Of a DNA stretch of 37,272 nucleotides, positions 8,774 to 17,736 are shown one piece after another. Positions within the stretch are counted from its first letter, which is position 1. The number at the start of each line of letters is the position of its first letter. A model generated the notes under the pieces. That model saw only the letters and a list, made by a program, of their open reading frames with translations, was not told the origin of the DNA and did no database searches. The position numbers and the translations under genes were made by a program. This DNA is from a virus (lineage: Duplodnaviria > Heunggongvirae > Uroviricota > Caudoviricetes), in IMG/VR virus record IMGVR_UViG_2917403263_000004, positions 1 to 37,272 of that record. One strand, 5' to 3'.

Positions 8774-9405
8774 GCGTTATTTGCCTGTAATGTGTAATGC
8801 TCCACGGACAGGCCGTAATGTCCTGCCTGTAGTGAAGCGGTTAACCAGATGGTGTCCTTTCTCACCGTTGCTTCTGCTGTGTGGTACCGGTAGTGACCAT
8901 CAAACGTGCCGGCTGTCAGTCGGGCGGTGGTTGCATTGATCACCTGAAAGAAATAGCGCCTGCAGGTACGGCCATACTGGCGCACGAGCTGCATCATCAG
9001 CGCGTTGCTTTCACTCAGCTGGGTGTCATTAATGCGCAGTAAAATAACGTCCCAGTCATGTTGCAGTTGTCGCTCCAGTGTTTTAACGTCTCCCACGCCA
9101 AGACGTTTAAAGATGCGCTCGAAGCCGGCGCGTTCGCCTGAGTCCTGAGCGTTGATAAATGCGTGTTTTACCCTCAGGCGAAATAACGAAACCGGCTCCC
9201 CCTTAAATCGGGTGATGTTGCGCTGGTATGCCAGCAGGTTAAGTAAAGGCTCTGCGCAGGTGTCGACATCAATCTGCTGTAGTGGCCACGTCAGCCAGCT
9301 CCAGACCTTTTCCCAGTAGCGATGCGATGAATGTGCAAGCGTCAACGGCTCACCTTTATTCATCCAGGTGGGAAGTGGAAATTCGGGTATCTCCGGAAGT
9401 TTCAC
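8770..9405 (-). CDS. Baseplate protein (P2 gpI / Mu gp48-like, tail-fibre attachment)
   Basis: The track ORF (8770..9555) overlaps the J-like gene by 150 nt. The likely start is GTG at 9405, preceded by GGAGGTG and overlapping the J-like stop (GTGA). An alternative ATG lies at 9363. Position between the J-like and fibre genes as in P2/Mu. Confidence 0.5.
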   Translation of the reverse strand: MKLPEIPEFPLPTWMNKGEPLTLAHSSHRYWEKVWSWLTWPLQQIDVDTCAEPLLNLLAYQRNITRFKGEPVSLFRLRVKHAFINAQDSGERAGFERIFKRLGVGDVKTLERQLQHDWDVILLRINDTQLSESNALMMQLVRQYGRTCRRYFFQVINATTARLTAGTFDGHYRYHTAEATVRKDTIWLTASLQAGHYGLSVEHYTLQANNA

Positions 9406-10589
9406 GCGCCCACCTCCACAGCAAGCGATTCCAGACGGGGAACGGCCAGATCGCTGAGAATATCCGGAAGGGAAAACGTAACCGACTCCACCTGTGGAAA
9501 GACCTGGTGGATCTCTTCGCCCAGTCTGGACATGCTGAAACGGCTGTACGGCCATGTTTTCTGAACGTCATAATCGCTGTTTTCGCGAAATGCACAGCGA
9601 ACCAGATTTTCCACATTGTGCAATAGTGTCTGAATCTCCTCATCGCTGAGGTTCAGCGTTGCATACAACCAGAGTGTCACGGTCAGGGTGTGGCGTGTTT
9701 CAGGCATGGAAAAACAGCGCAGATCGTCACCGTGTCCGTGATGACCTTCATCGTTAATGAATGCGTTTACTGCATCAACGAACGGTTCGGATGCGATGCC
9801 GGTATCCAGCAGAATGTAAGCATTCGCTGTGCCGGGGCCGCGTGGTGCATCATGCAGAAAATAGATGCGGTCGGCACTGATGCCGGCAACACCGGCAATT
9901 AATCCACGGTAAACAGCATCGGTGTGATAAGCGCCGGCAAGATTAAACTGATTGCGCACACGATCACGCAGCTCGTCGTCGCTTTCTTCGTTGGCCCCCG
10001 GCGAGGTCAGCCAGTTTTCATCGTTCTCAACGCCGGCAATGCCGTCAATTGCCACCGGAAGGATGCGGTAATACCCCGGTGCGAGGTTAAAGCCGGCCCC
10101 GGCCTGTTCCGCAGAAACATCGATGTTCATGCTGAGTGTTCCTGCCGGAATAACCGTATCCCTGACAACGGTCAGCGTATAAATCACGCCGTTAATACGC
10201 TCTGTCTGGATCTGTGTACCTGCCGGCACAGTAACTGTGCGATCAATATCGTCTTTTGTGAAACGAATAACGCCGGATGCGTGCGTGGCGGCCTTGCGCT
10301 GCAGGTTCACTGCCCAGGCAAAAACATCAACGAATACACCACTGGCATCGGCCAGAAACAGGTTTTTCATCACCACATTAACCAGCGCGTCTTTCAGCCA
10401 CATCACGGGCTTTGAGGTGATGGCTGTAATCAGTCGCCAGAACGGCGACATGCGGGATGTGTTGGTGATAAGCCCTTCGTTTTTAACGATGGCTTCAAAT
10501 TCAGCGCGTACCTGTTCTTCGGTTACCGGCATGCCGTTATCAGCCAGAATGCGCTCGTAATCTGCGGTGGGTTTACCGTTAATCATCAA
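9402..10589 (-). CDS. Baseplate J-like protein (P2 gpJ / Mu gp47 family)
   Basis: 395 aa. Size, position and overall sequence character are consistent with the Baseplate_J family. Flanked by W-like and I-like genes. Confidence 0.7.
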   Translation of the reverse strand: MMINGKPTADYERILADNGMPVTEEQVRAEFEAIVKNEGLITNTSRMSPFWRLITAITSKPVMWLKDALVNVVMKNLFLADASGVFVDVFAWAVNLQRKAATHASGVIRFTKDDIDRTVTVPAGTQIQTERINGVIYTLTVVRDTVIPAGTLSMNIDVSAEQAGAGFNLAPGYYRILPVAIDGIAGVENDENWLTSPGANEESDDELRDRVRNQFNLAGAYHTDAVYRGLIAGVAGISADRIYFLHDAPRGPGTANAYILLDTGIASEPFVDAVNAFINDEGHHGHGDDLRCFSMPETRHTLTVTLWLYATLNLSDEEIQTLLHNVENLVRCAFRENSDYDVQKTWPYSRFSMSRLGEEIHQVFPQVESVTFSLPDILSDLAVPRLESLAVEVGA

Positions 10590-10929
10590 GGGATACCGTA
10601 AAAGTCAGGGGTTCAAAAAAATCTTCTGTATGGGCGTTAATCAGCAGGCGACCGGAAAGAGGTGATTCCTCCGTTACACTGACGGTGCCCGGCGTGATGC
10701 GTTCATCATCCTCAATCAACAGTGTCATCTGCATCATGATGTCGGCGCGAAGTGTCTGGCTTTTTTCTGCCAGCAGACGTGTGGCCAGTCCGCTTTCAAT
10801 GATGGCGTGCTGGCAGTCCTGGGCGATACTTTCCCTGTTGTTGCACAGCACTGGTTCGGCGGCGCTGTTCAGCGTGAAGTTGCGACCGGTGATGAGCAAA
10901 TCGATGTAAAGAGGCTGGTCAGTAAGCAT
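10579..10929 (-). CDS. Baseplate wedge protein (gpW / gp25-like)
   Basis: Start taken at internal ATG 10929 (GGAG RBS; 11-nt overlap with the tape measure stop) rather than the track start 11067. About 116 aa, with a C-terminal pattern resembling P2 gpW. Confidence 0.5.
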   Translation of the reverse strand: MLTDQPLYIDLLITGRNFTLNSAAEPVLCNNRESIAQDCQHAIIESGLATRLLAEKSQTLRADIMMQMTLLIEDDERITPGTVSVTEESPLSGRLLINAHTEDFFEPLTFTVSLDD

Positions 10930-13015
10930 GTAGCTCCATCCATTCGTTAAGACGGGCAGGGGATGCGTCCTGCACGTTGACATTGACCACGCGGCGGGAG
11001 TTGTCGATTGTGGTCTGGTTTTCGCTGTTGTTCCGCATCTCTGCCGCAATGCCGCCCGGTCCTGCACTGATGGCTTTTCCGCCGGTTAATACGGAGCCTT
11101 CGCCGCTCCCTGCGCTTTCTGGCGTGTCGATGTTAACGCCGGGGATCATGTTGAGTTTGTCCACAATCCAGCCCCATGAATCACTGAAGGACTGTTTCAC
11201 CAGCTCCCAGAGGTTGCTGAAAATCTTCAGTATGCCGCCGGCGATATTCTTCAGGGCGTCCAGTGGTGAATGCGTGGAAAAATAGTTAACCAGTGCATTC
11301 CAGCCATCCCGGATTGCGCCCCATGCCTTGTCGAAGCATGTCCCCATACTGCCAACCATTCCCGCCACCCACTGAAAGGCGGCGGTGTCCATCAGTGCGG
11401 CCTTGATTTCATCCCAGCGGGTGATCAGGAAATAAATGCCCACACCCAGCGCAGCCAGTGCCAGGATGATTAACGTAATTGGGCTGAAAAGTAGTTGAGT
11501 GGCAACAGCTGCACCGCTGGTAACGGCGGTATAAATTTTCATGGCCACCGCAGTGGCCCCCAGAGCAATGGAGTAAAGCCAGAGTCCGGCACGCTGTAGT
11601 TTCAGCAGCGCCAGCTGAATTTTTGCTTTGATGTTGTATGTTCCCATTACAAGGGTCATGGCCAGATACAGCGCCCTGACCGTTCGGGCGACGGCACAGA
11701 ATGCCCACATGGTGGCAGTCAGCATGCGTTTCAGCAGAATAAGGATTTTCAGAGGCGCAGTAGCTGCCAGCCAGACCAGCCGGAGCCCGGTCCAGACAAA
11801 CTTTGCTGCGCCCACCACAATGTTTGTCACGGCCCCCACGGCAGCAATGCCCAGCAGTGCACCGGTCAACAGGCCAATGGCGCGGGTGATATTGGGGTAC
11901 AGGCGTAACCAGGCAACAAAGGATTTACCGCCTTCGTTGCTTTTCTGGATGAACGGGTACAGAACGGGCAACAGCTGTGTGCCGATTTCAATACGAATGC
12001 CGTTAATAATTGCGGCGGCCTGTTCCCACGGGTCGGCCATGGCCTGCGCCATTTCGACAGCCTTATCCATGCCTTTGATATTGCCCAGCGTGGCGATATT
12101 CTTTTCCAGTCCGCCAATGTCTGCATTGAGCAATTTAATCATGGCCACGGCCTCATCAGAGCCAAATGCGCTTTTCAGCAAATCGGAGTCAGCCACTTTT
12201 GACAGATCACCAAATTTGCCTCTGATAAGTTTCATGATCTCGACAACACTTTTCATCGTGCCGTCTTTATTCACGAAATTAAGCCCCAGCTTTTTCTGGG
12301 CGCTGCCTACAGCGGCCAGAAATGATTTGTACTTTGTCCCGGCCTCACTGCCGCTCATGGTAGCCTGCAACTGCCCCAGCACGGCGAACTGTTCAGCCGC
12401 ATCAATACCGGCTGCTTTTGCACTGGCACCCAGCGTGGTGAACGCTGCCGACATGTTATCGCCGGTTGTTTTAAACATCTGCACGGCGGTGGCGGTTTGT
12501 CCGGCAACCTGCTCAACCCATTTGCTTTTTCCCATGGCATCAGCCTGGTCTTTAAAAATGCCGTACATGGTGCCCATGTAGGCGGTAATTGTCTGGCTGC
12601 TGGATTTGGTTGCCGCAGCCACTGTTGCTGATGCGGTGGTGAAACGGGAGAGTTCATCGTCAGTTAATCCGGCGATGGCTGACTGGATATCATAAGAAGC
12701 ACGTACAAAATCCTGCGCCGCGCCGCCGTATTCCATAGTGAAATCAACGGCGGCCCGACTGAGTTTACGCAACCCGGATTCCGCGACGCCCAGTGACTTC
12801 ACCTCACCGAGCGCCCGGTCCATTTCAATAGCCGGCATCAGTGCGCCTTTCACGGCGGCACCCACGCCCCAGAGTGCAGCGCCACCGGTGGCGATATTGC
12901 GGAAGGCTCCCCGGCTTGTTGCGGCGAATCCCTGAACCTGTCGGCCCGCCGCACGTAACGGTCTTGTCAGGCGGTCTGTCAGTTCAAGAAGTAATTCAAG
13001 ACGCTGCTGTGACAT
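10919..13015 (-). CDS. Tail tape measure protein
   Basis: 698 aa, Ala/Gly-rich with long predicted helices and a central hydrophobic block (LLTGALLGIAAVGAVTNIVVGAAKFVWTGL...). Lies immediately downstream of the frameshifted chaperone pair. Confidence 0.8.
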   Translation of the reverse strand: MSQQRLELLLELTDRLTRPLRAAGRQVQGFAATSRGAFRNIATGGAALWGVGAAVKGALMPAIEMDRALGEVKSLGVAESGLRKLSRAAVDFTMEYGGAAQDFVRASYDIQSAIAGLTDDELSRFTTASATVAAATKSSSQTITAYMGTMYGIFKDQADAMGKSKWVEQVAGQTATAVQMFKTTGDNMSAAFTTLGASAKAAGIDAAEQFAVLGQLQATMSGSEAGTKYKSFLAAVGSAQKKLGLNFVNKDGTMKSVVEIMKLIRGKFGDLSKVADSDLLKSAFGSDEAVAMIKLLNADIGGLEKNIATLGNIKGMDKAVEMAQAMADPWEQAAAIINGIRIEIGTQLLPVLYPFIQKSNEGGKSFVAWLRLYPNITRAIGLLTGALLGIAAVGAVTNIVVGAAKFVWTGLRLVWLAATAPLKILILLKRMLTATMWAFCAVARTVRALYLAMTLVMGTYNIKAKIQLALLKLQRAGLWLYSIALGATAVAMKIYTAVTSGAAVATQLLFSPITLIILALAALGVGIYFLITRWDEIKAALMDTAAFQWVAGMVGSMGTCFDKAWGAIRDGWNALVNYFSTHSPLDALKNIAGGILKIFSNLWELVKQSFSDSWGWIVDKLNMIPGVNIDTPESAGSGEGSVLTGGKAISAGPGGIAAEMRNNSENQTTIDNSRRVVNVNVQDASPARLNEWMELHAY

Positions 13016-13212
13016 TACGATCCTTTAAAAGCGCGAATAATGCCGTTATTGACGGCGATACCCATATTTCCCCAGTAGTGGTTATCCAGCCAGACGGCGG
13101 CAGCCAGTGACTGCGGCGAATCATCTTCGCCGGGCAGCCAGTGGCGGCGCAGGATTAGCATCCGGGTCAGGTCATTGCGATCAATGGCCCCCAGATGGCT
13201 TTTTATTTTTTT
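13015..13212 (-). other. Programmed -1 frameshift extension of the tail chaperone (G-T / E+E'-like fusion product)
   Basis: Slippery run A7 at 13206..13212 at the end of the chaperone ORF. The -1 frame stays open for about 65 codons (KKIKSHLGAIDRNDLTRMLILRRHWLPGEDDSPQSLAAAVWLDNHYWGNMGIAVNNGIIRAFKGS) and stops at TAA overlapping the tape measure ATG (TAATG). Confidence 0.5.
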
Positions 13213-13496
13213 ACGGTGATTTCCACTTCCGGTACGAACTCGTTATTCACGGCCGTTGCCAGGCTTGCCGGCATTCCTGGCTTTTCCAGCAACTGATTCA
13301 GCAGATCGCGGTGGTCTTTAATCACGATGCGGCGCAGGTAGTTTTTCAGTGGCGCGATTTTGTTATCCGGCATGAAGTCGTTCTGCAGGTCGTTGTAGGC
13401 TTTAACTGTCGGGATAAACGTCAGTTCATGCTCGCCCACCTGTAAAGTGATGGTGTTTTCTGCAGTGGTTTGGGTGTTTTTATCGTTCATCATCAT
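13203..13496 (-). CDS. Tail assembly chaperone (G / gpE-like, frame 0 product)
   Basis: 97 aa, acidic, directly upstream of the tape measure gene. Ends in GTA AAA AAA TAA. Confidence 0.6.
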   Translation of the reverse strand: MMMNDKNTQTTAENTITLQVGEHELTFIPTVKAYNDLQNDFMPDNKIAPLKNYLRRIVIKDHRDLLNQLLEKPGMPASLATAVNNEFVPEVEITVKK

Positions 13497-13582
13497 TTCC
13501 TGTTAATGTCAAGAATAAGAGGGCTTAATAAGACCATCAGGAGGCTTATTAAGACTGTCGGTGGCCTTATCCCGTATCGGAA

Positions 13583-13924
13583 TCAGCGCACGCCGTTGTG
13601 CTCAAGGCTGAAATGATTGCCATCCGGGCGGTTTTTAAAACGACCGCCCCATGCACCGCCAAGGGATTCCCAGTACTCGCCCAGTTCGCGGTAGGCCTCT
13701 GTGCGGGTCTGATATTCACCGTTAATAAACAGATTAAAATCCACTGCCAGCCGCTGGCAGTGCAGGCTGTTGGCAGTGCCGGATCCCTTTTGCGCATTGA
13801 GTTTTGCCTGCTCCGGCGTGCGGTACGCTTCACCGAATGTCAGGCCATAACCGCGCTGATGGGCAAACTGGATGAGTTTGCCGACCATGACGGTAAATTG
13901 TTGTTGCTTATCGGAGAGTTTCAT
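13583..13924 (-). CDS. Endolysin, peptidase M15 family (zinc D-Ala-D-Ala carboxypeptidase-like)
   Basis: 113 aa with SLHCQRLAVDFN and DGNHFSLEH, the H..D and H..H metal-binding motifs of M15 peptidases. Follows the holin. Confidence 0.7.
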   Translation of the reverse strand: MKLSDKQQQFTVMVGKLIQFAHQRGYGLTFGEAYRTPEQAKLNAQKGSGTANSLHCQRLAVDFNLFINGEYQTRTEAYRELGEYWESLGGAWGGRFKNRPDGNHFSLEHNGVR

Positions 13925-14025
13925 TTTTGCTCCTTACGGGGTTGCTGAGGTTTGCGCAGCCAGTGCCACAGCACCCGGATAATTTTCCAGGCGGCAGCGG
14001 CTTTTTGTTCCCTGCGGGACAGCAT
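13921..14025 (-). CDS. Small basic ORF (34 aa) between holin and endolysin
   Basis: Manual translation MLSRREQKAAAAWKIIRVLWHWLRKPQQPRKEQK. AGAGGAG lies 8 nt upstream. Its stop overlaps the endolysin ATG (ATGA). Not in the ORF track because of length. Confidence 0.3.
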   Translation of the reverse strand: MLSRREQKAAAAWKIIRVLWHWLRKPQQPRKEQK

Positions 14026-14030
14026 CGCTG

Positions 14031-14327
14031 TTACTCCTCTTTGTTTTCTTTCTCGCCCAGCTTCCGGCGCATATGGCGCAGGAAAATTTCAACAATCTGG
14101 TAGCCGGCTACGCCCATTGCGGTGCCAGCGCCGGCAATAGCCAGCGGGTCAAGATTCGGATAACGAACCAGCAGGGCTGCAGCAGAAACACCCAATGCGC
14201 TACCCAGCAGGGTTCGCCCCACAAACAACCGCAATGTAATCGGCTCCGCGCCAGCCAGCACCCGGCTGGCGGCGGCAATGCCGCCAAGAATGCCCAGGGT
14301 GATGATGGTGCGTTCATGCTCCTGCAT
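14031..14327 (-). CDS. Holin
   Basis: 98 aa with two hydrophobic segments (IITLGILGGIAAASRVLAG, TLLGSALGVSAAALLV) and a charged C-terminus (RHMRRKLGEKENKEE). Immediately upstream of the endolysin. Confidence 0.6.
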   Translation of the reverse strand: MQEHERTIITLGILGGIAAASRVLAGAEPITLRLFVGRTLLGSALGVSAAALLVRYPNLDPLAIAGAGTAMGVAGYQIVEIFLRHMRRKLGEKENKEE

Positions 14328-14330
14328 GGT

Positions 14331-14786
14331 TCACCCCATCAGCCCGCGCACGTCGTTCTCTGAGAGAACGGGCACGCCGTTGATACGCACAAAATCGGGG
14401 CTGGCCACCACGTACTTGATTTTGTGCGTGGTCAGGTCTGCACTCCCGGTGTCAATGCTTAACAACCCGGAGAGCATCAGCTCGCAACCGAAGGCTTCGA
14501 CGCGGATTTCCTCGGTACCGGTGTTGGCGTAGAACACAAAATCCATTGGCGGCAGATCGCGCCATGATCCTGCCTGAGCGGCCACTTCCCCTAGCTGGTT
14601 AAAACTGCGGGTGCTCATTTCAATTTCACCTTCGGCACTGACGGGGCCGCGCAGTTTGCCGTCAGGGATGCCACGGGTTTTGGCAACGGCGCTTTCATCA
14701 CTGATGTCCAGCGAGATGTTATTCACATGGATATCCGTTCCACCGATAAAGGTGTCAAACGCCATGCCGTTAATGCGGGTGGTCAT
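14331..14786 (-). CDS. Putative tail tube protein
   Basis: 151 aa directly downstream of the sheath-like gene (4-nt overlap). Size and position fit a tube protein. No strong motif. Confidence 0.5.
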   Translation of the reverse strand: MTTRINGMAFDTFIGGTDIHVNNISLDISDESAVAKTRGIPDGKLRGPVSAEGEIEMSTRSFNQLGEVAAQAGSWRDLPPMDFVFYANTGTEEIRVEAFGCELMLSGLLSIDTGSADLTTHKIKYVVASPDFVRINGVPVLSENDVRGLMG

Positions 14787-15931
14787 GCACTTTCCTCCAG
14801 AGATTTATCCAGCTGAATGCCCACCTTGATGGTTTTGGGGCAAGCGTAAGGGCGAACAACAATGCTGATACTGACCGTCTTTTCGTCCTGCCAGGTGATG
14901 GCCACATCGCCTTTTTGTGGCGATTTCACTTCGCCCGGAAAGGTGACACCGTTAATCTGCTTGGATTTCGCCATGGTACGCAGCGGGCGGGCAAACAACG
15001 TTTCATGTGCGGCAATGCTGCCCGGTGTGCTGTTCAGTGAACGATCGGCAATTTTGGGGATGGCCATCAGTCGCACGCGGCGCGCCACCTTATCTGCAAT
15101 GCGGACATGCTCAATGACGTTGTAGTCCCCGCCTTCCACCTCAAGTGTCACACCATCAGCCCAGTAAAGGCCGTCATAGTCGGCATACCACATGGGCACG
15201 CTGTAGCGGGCGGTAGCCAGTGCCTGCAGGGTGGCGAGATCAATTGCCTGTCCTGCGCTGTCCTTCGGACGTTCTGTGGTTTTCAGTGCAGACAGAGCCC
15301 CGGTTGCCACGCGTGCGGGACTGTCAGCAATGGTGACGGCGTTGTTACACAGGCGACCGGCAAGAACGCCCGGTTCAAATCCAAAAATCTCCGGAACCAG
15401 CATGACCTGCGGGGCTGCAATACCTTTCTGTAGCGTGGTCAGTTCGGCGACGTATTCCGCCCAGGTTTTACTGCCGTCGTTGGCGGTGATGGTCAGGATG
15501 AACCAGATGCGGCGCTGATATTTATTAATGATGGTCTGACGTAACGCCTGTATGGCGTTGATGTCATCCTTCGTGCTGACCGGTTCAGTGATCACCACGC
15601 CTTCAACTGAAATGGTTTCCTGAGCGGCCAGCACGGCGTTTTGCCATGCCTGGCAGGCCGGCGTTGCTTCTTTGCCTTTGCCTGCGTCCGGCAGAACGGC
15701 GACATAAAAAAAGGCATTCTGTCCAGCATTGGTCAGAGCGGACTGAAGGAAATTTTTCAACGGGCTCGCGTTCGTTCCCAGCAACTCATCCAGATCGCTG
15801 TTGGCGTTAACCGGCAGAACTTTGCCTTTGTTGTTTTGTGCGCTACCCACAAACAACAGTGTATTTTCCACGCCGTCCGGCGAGCTACTGAACGTGTTGT
15901 ACTGTTCAATCGTGACAGATGGCCAGGTCAT
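14783..15931 (-). CDS. Putative tail sheath protein
   Basis: Start taken at internal ATG 15931 (CAGGAG RBS, 8-nt spacer) rather than the track start 16015, giving 382 aa. Followed by the tube-like gene. Confidence 0.5.
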   Translation of the reverse strand: MTWPSVTIEQYNTFSSSPDGVENTLLFVGSAQNNKGKVLPVNANSDLDELLGTNASPLKNFLQSALTNAGQNAFFYVAVLPDAGKGKEATPACQAWQNAVLAAQETISVEGVVITEPVSTKDDINAIQALRQTIINKYQRRIWFILTITANDGSKTWAEYVAELTTLQKGIAAPQVMLVPEIFGFEPGVLAGRLCNNAVTIADSPARVATGALSALKTTERPKDSAGQAIDLATLQALATARYSVPMWYADYDGLYWADGVTLEVEGGDYNVIEHVRIADKVARRVRLMAIPKIADRSLNSTPGSIAAHETLFARPLRTMAKSKQINGVTFPGEVKSPQKGDVAITWQDEKTVSISIVVRPYACPKTIKVGIQLDKSLEESA

Positions 15932-15950
15932 AATTTGTCTCCTGATTTTG

Positions 15951-16664
15951 TTATCTCGTGCCGCCGTAATGCAGGCTACGCAACTGCGCTTCCAGAATGC
16001 GGGTAAATTCAGCATCGCTGGCTCCCAGAAATGCGCGGGAGGGGATTTTTATTTCCCATACACGTTTTTTCTGCTCGCCTTTCAGAATGCTGATCACCAG
16101 TCCGGCCTGCGCCATACTCATGTTTTCCATAATCCATTTCAGGGAGGGCTTTCTGCGTCCCCTGCGTCCGGTTTTTTTGCTGACTGCGCCGACGGGGGCG
16201 CGAAAGCCCAGAGAAAGAAGCCGCTCCGCCTGCCGTCGTGTGGCGGGTCGGGTGCGCATGGTTTCGTTGTTCCGGCGTTTTGTGGCGCGACCTTTGATGG
16301 TTGCACCGTGCTGTTGCACCCACGCGACCGCCCCGCCATGAGAGCCGGTGTTGTAGCCCCCTTTTTTGAAGAAAAGGCGGACACTTTTCCCGTTACTGTC
16401 AACCCTGATGGCCAGCAGTTTTGGCAGTCCCAGCAGCATTTTGTTTTTATACTTACCGCTGGCTTTATCTGGTCTTTTTCGTGGTGCCCAGGCTGCCCCT
16501 TCCGGTGTTCTCTGTGCTTTCACATTGCGTCGTGCAGCTGGCATCAGGCCGTATTTCGCAATACGAACCAGCAGCTTTCTGGCCTTTACCGGCGGAAGTT
16601 CTGCCGCTCTGATGGCGCGATGAACCTGCCGGAGCTGTGATTCATTAATCGCAGGGCGCGTCAT
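15951..16664 (-). CDS. Virion morphogenesis / tail completion protein (gpS-like)
   Basis: 237 aa with an Arg/Lys-rich middle region. Position between gpR-like and sheath genes. Family assignment from general resemblance only. Confidence 0.45.
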   Translation of the reverse strand: MTRPAINESQLRQVHRAIRAAELPPVKARKLLVRIAKYGLMPAARRNVKAQRTPEGAAWAPRKRPDKASGKYKNKMLLGLPKLLAIRVDSNGKSVRLFFKKGGYNTGSHGGAVAWVQQHGATIKGRATKRRNNETMRTRPATRRQAERLLSLGFRAPVGAVSKKTGRRGRRKPSLKWIMENMSMAQAGLVISILKGEQKKRVWEIKIPSRAFLGASDAEFTRILEAQLRSLHYGGTR

Positions 16665-17134
16665 GGCATCACCTGACAGTGAAGCTGATGTGCCTGAGCC
16701 ACCCAGATTTCAGGTTTTTCCAGCCGGTAACGTTTTCCGCCTCTGGGGATGGGGCCGTTTTCATCCTCAATCAGGGTGATGGGATCAACCAGCGGCAGAC
16801 TGATTTCCAGCCATGCCACTTCATTTTCATCATCCACTTCGACGTCCACGGCTGGCGCATCCGGTGTCAGGCGCTGTCGCAGGTCGCCGCCGTTGTCTGC
16901 CAGCCAGGCTTCAACCAGAGAAAACACCAAATCCGGATCGAGCTGACGATAGGGCCATGCGTCCCATCGCAGAAAAGCCGTATATTTTCTGGCCTGCGTA
17001 CATAACTGCCCGTGCCCCAGCGACTTTGTGAGCGGAACGAGCGTGATATCATCCATGTCACTGGTGAACGGAATGCGTGCGCGTGCCGGCAGATTGTTTT
17101 CAATGAATGCCGTCAGGCTTGCGAGTTGCGTCAT
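16661..17134 (-). CDS. Putative tail completion protein (gpR-like)
   Basis: 157 aa. ATGA-type overlap with the downstream gene. Located right after the head-completion gene, as R is in P2-like phages. Confidence 0.4.
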   Translation of the reverse strand: MTQLASLTAFIENNLPARARIPFTSDMDDITLVPLTKSLGHGQLCTQARKYTAFLRWDAWPYRQLDPDLVFSLVEAWLADNGGDLRQRLTPDAPAVDVEVDDENEVAWLEISLPLVDPITLIEDENGPIPRGGKRYRLEKPEIWVAQAHQLHCQVMP

Positions 17135-17143
17135 ACCGTTTCC

Positions 17144-17638
17144 TTAATCAATCAGCGCGACAGAGGCGCGCGGTCTGCCCAGCAGCGCACGCACCGCCAT
17201 GGCCGCTTCAGCCAGCAACGTCCGGCGGCTCTCGCTGGCTTCTGATGATGGCTGCGCTTCGCGCCGCCCCACACTGGCAGATTCCGGCAAAAGATCGGCC
17301 TTTGCGCGCGCATACACAGCCTTGGTGTACAGTGCTGTAATGTGGTTCTGCATCCGTTCTGATTGTGCATCCGTATTGCGCGGCTCTGGTTGCAACACGG
17401 TGTAACCCGGAATATCAGCAGCCCGGATGTGGCCCTGTTCCTGCCAGTATTCACGGCGCGCAGCCAGTTCAGTGTTAATCTCTGTTACCGCGCAAAGCAG
17501 CGCCGTCAGCACCGTTTCGTGTGACGTGACGGCGGGGATGCTGCGGCTCTTTTCAAAATCGCCGGCATTAATATCCGGCCAGAATCCATCGTTCTGAATA
17601 ATGGCCTGCTGATAGTGAATGCTTTTCCCGTCAAACAT
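17144..17638 (-). CDS. Head completion/stabilisation protein (gpL-like)
   Basis: Start taken at ATG 17638 (GGAGTG RBS); the track ORF starts at a GTG at 17701. Contains GFWPDI, typical of gpL. About 164 aa (P2 gpL is 169 aa). Confidence 0.6.
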   Translation of the reverse strand: MFDGKSIHYQQAIIQNDGFWPDINAGDFEKSRSIPAVTSHETVLTALLCAVTEINTELAARREYWQEQGHIRAADIPGYTVLQPEPRNTDAQSERMQNHITALYTKAVYARAKADLLPESASVGRREAQPSSEASESRRTLLAEAAMAVRALLGRPRASVALID

Positions 17639-17736
17639 GCTCACTCCGAGGAAAGGCGGGCTGACCGGTTTCCGCAGTGTGCTGATGGCTTTTGCCGGCA
17701 CACCTCCACCGCGCCCGCCCGGTTGTTGGGAGTCGT

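Noticed and set aside
11628-12581. 317-aa plus-strand ORF, plus several shorter ones, inside the tape measure gene
   Set aside because: Antisense to a well-supported long CDS in a GC-rich repetitive gene. Low-complexity translation with no RBS context.
13567-13833. 88-aa minus-strand ORF embedded out of frame in the endolysin gene; possible embedded spanin
   Set aside because: No convincing lipobox or signal sequence and not proline-rich. More likely a chance alternative frame. Left open.
16009-16402. Short minus-strand ORFs overlapping the virion morphogenesis gene in other frames
   Set aside because: Alternative frames of an Arg-rich coding region. No start context.
15801-16640. 279-aa plus-strand ORF and nested ORFs opposite the sheath / morphogenesis genes
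   Set aside because: Antisense frames in a GC-rich region. The minus-strand genes have RBSs and coupled junctions.
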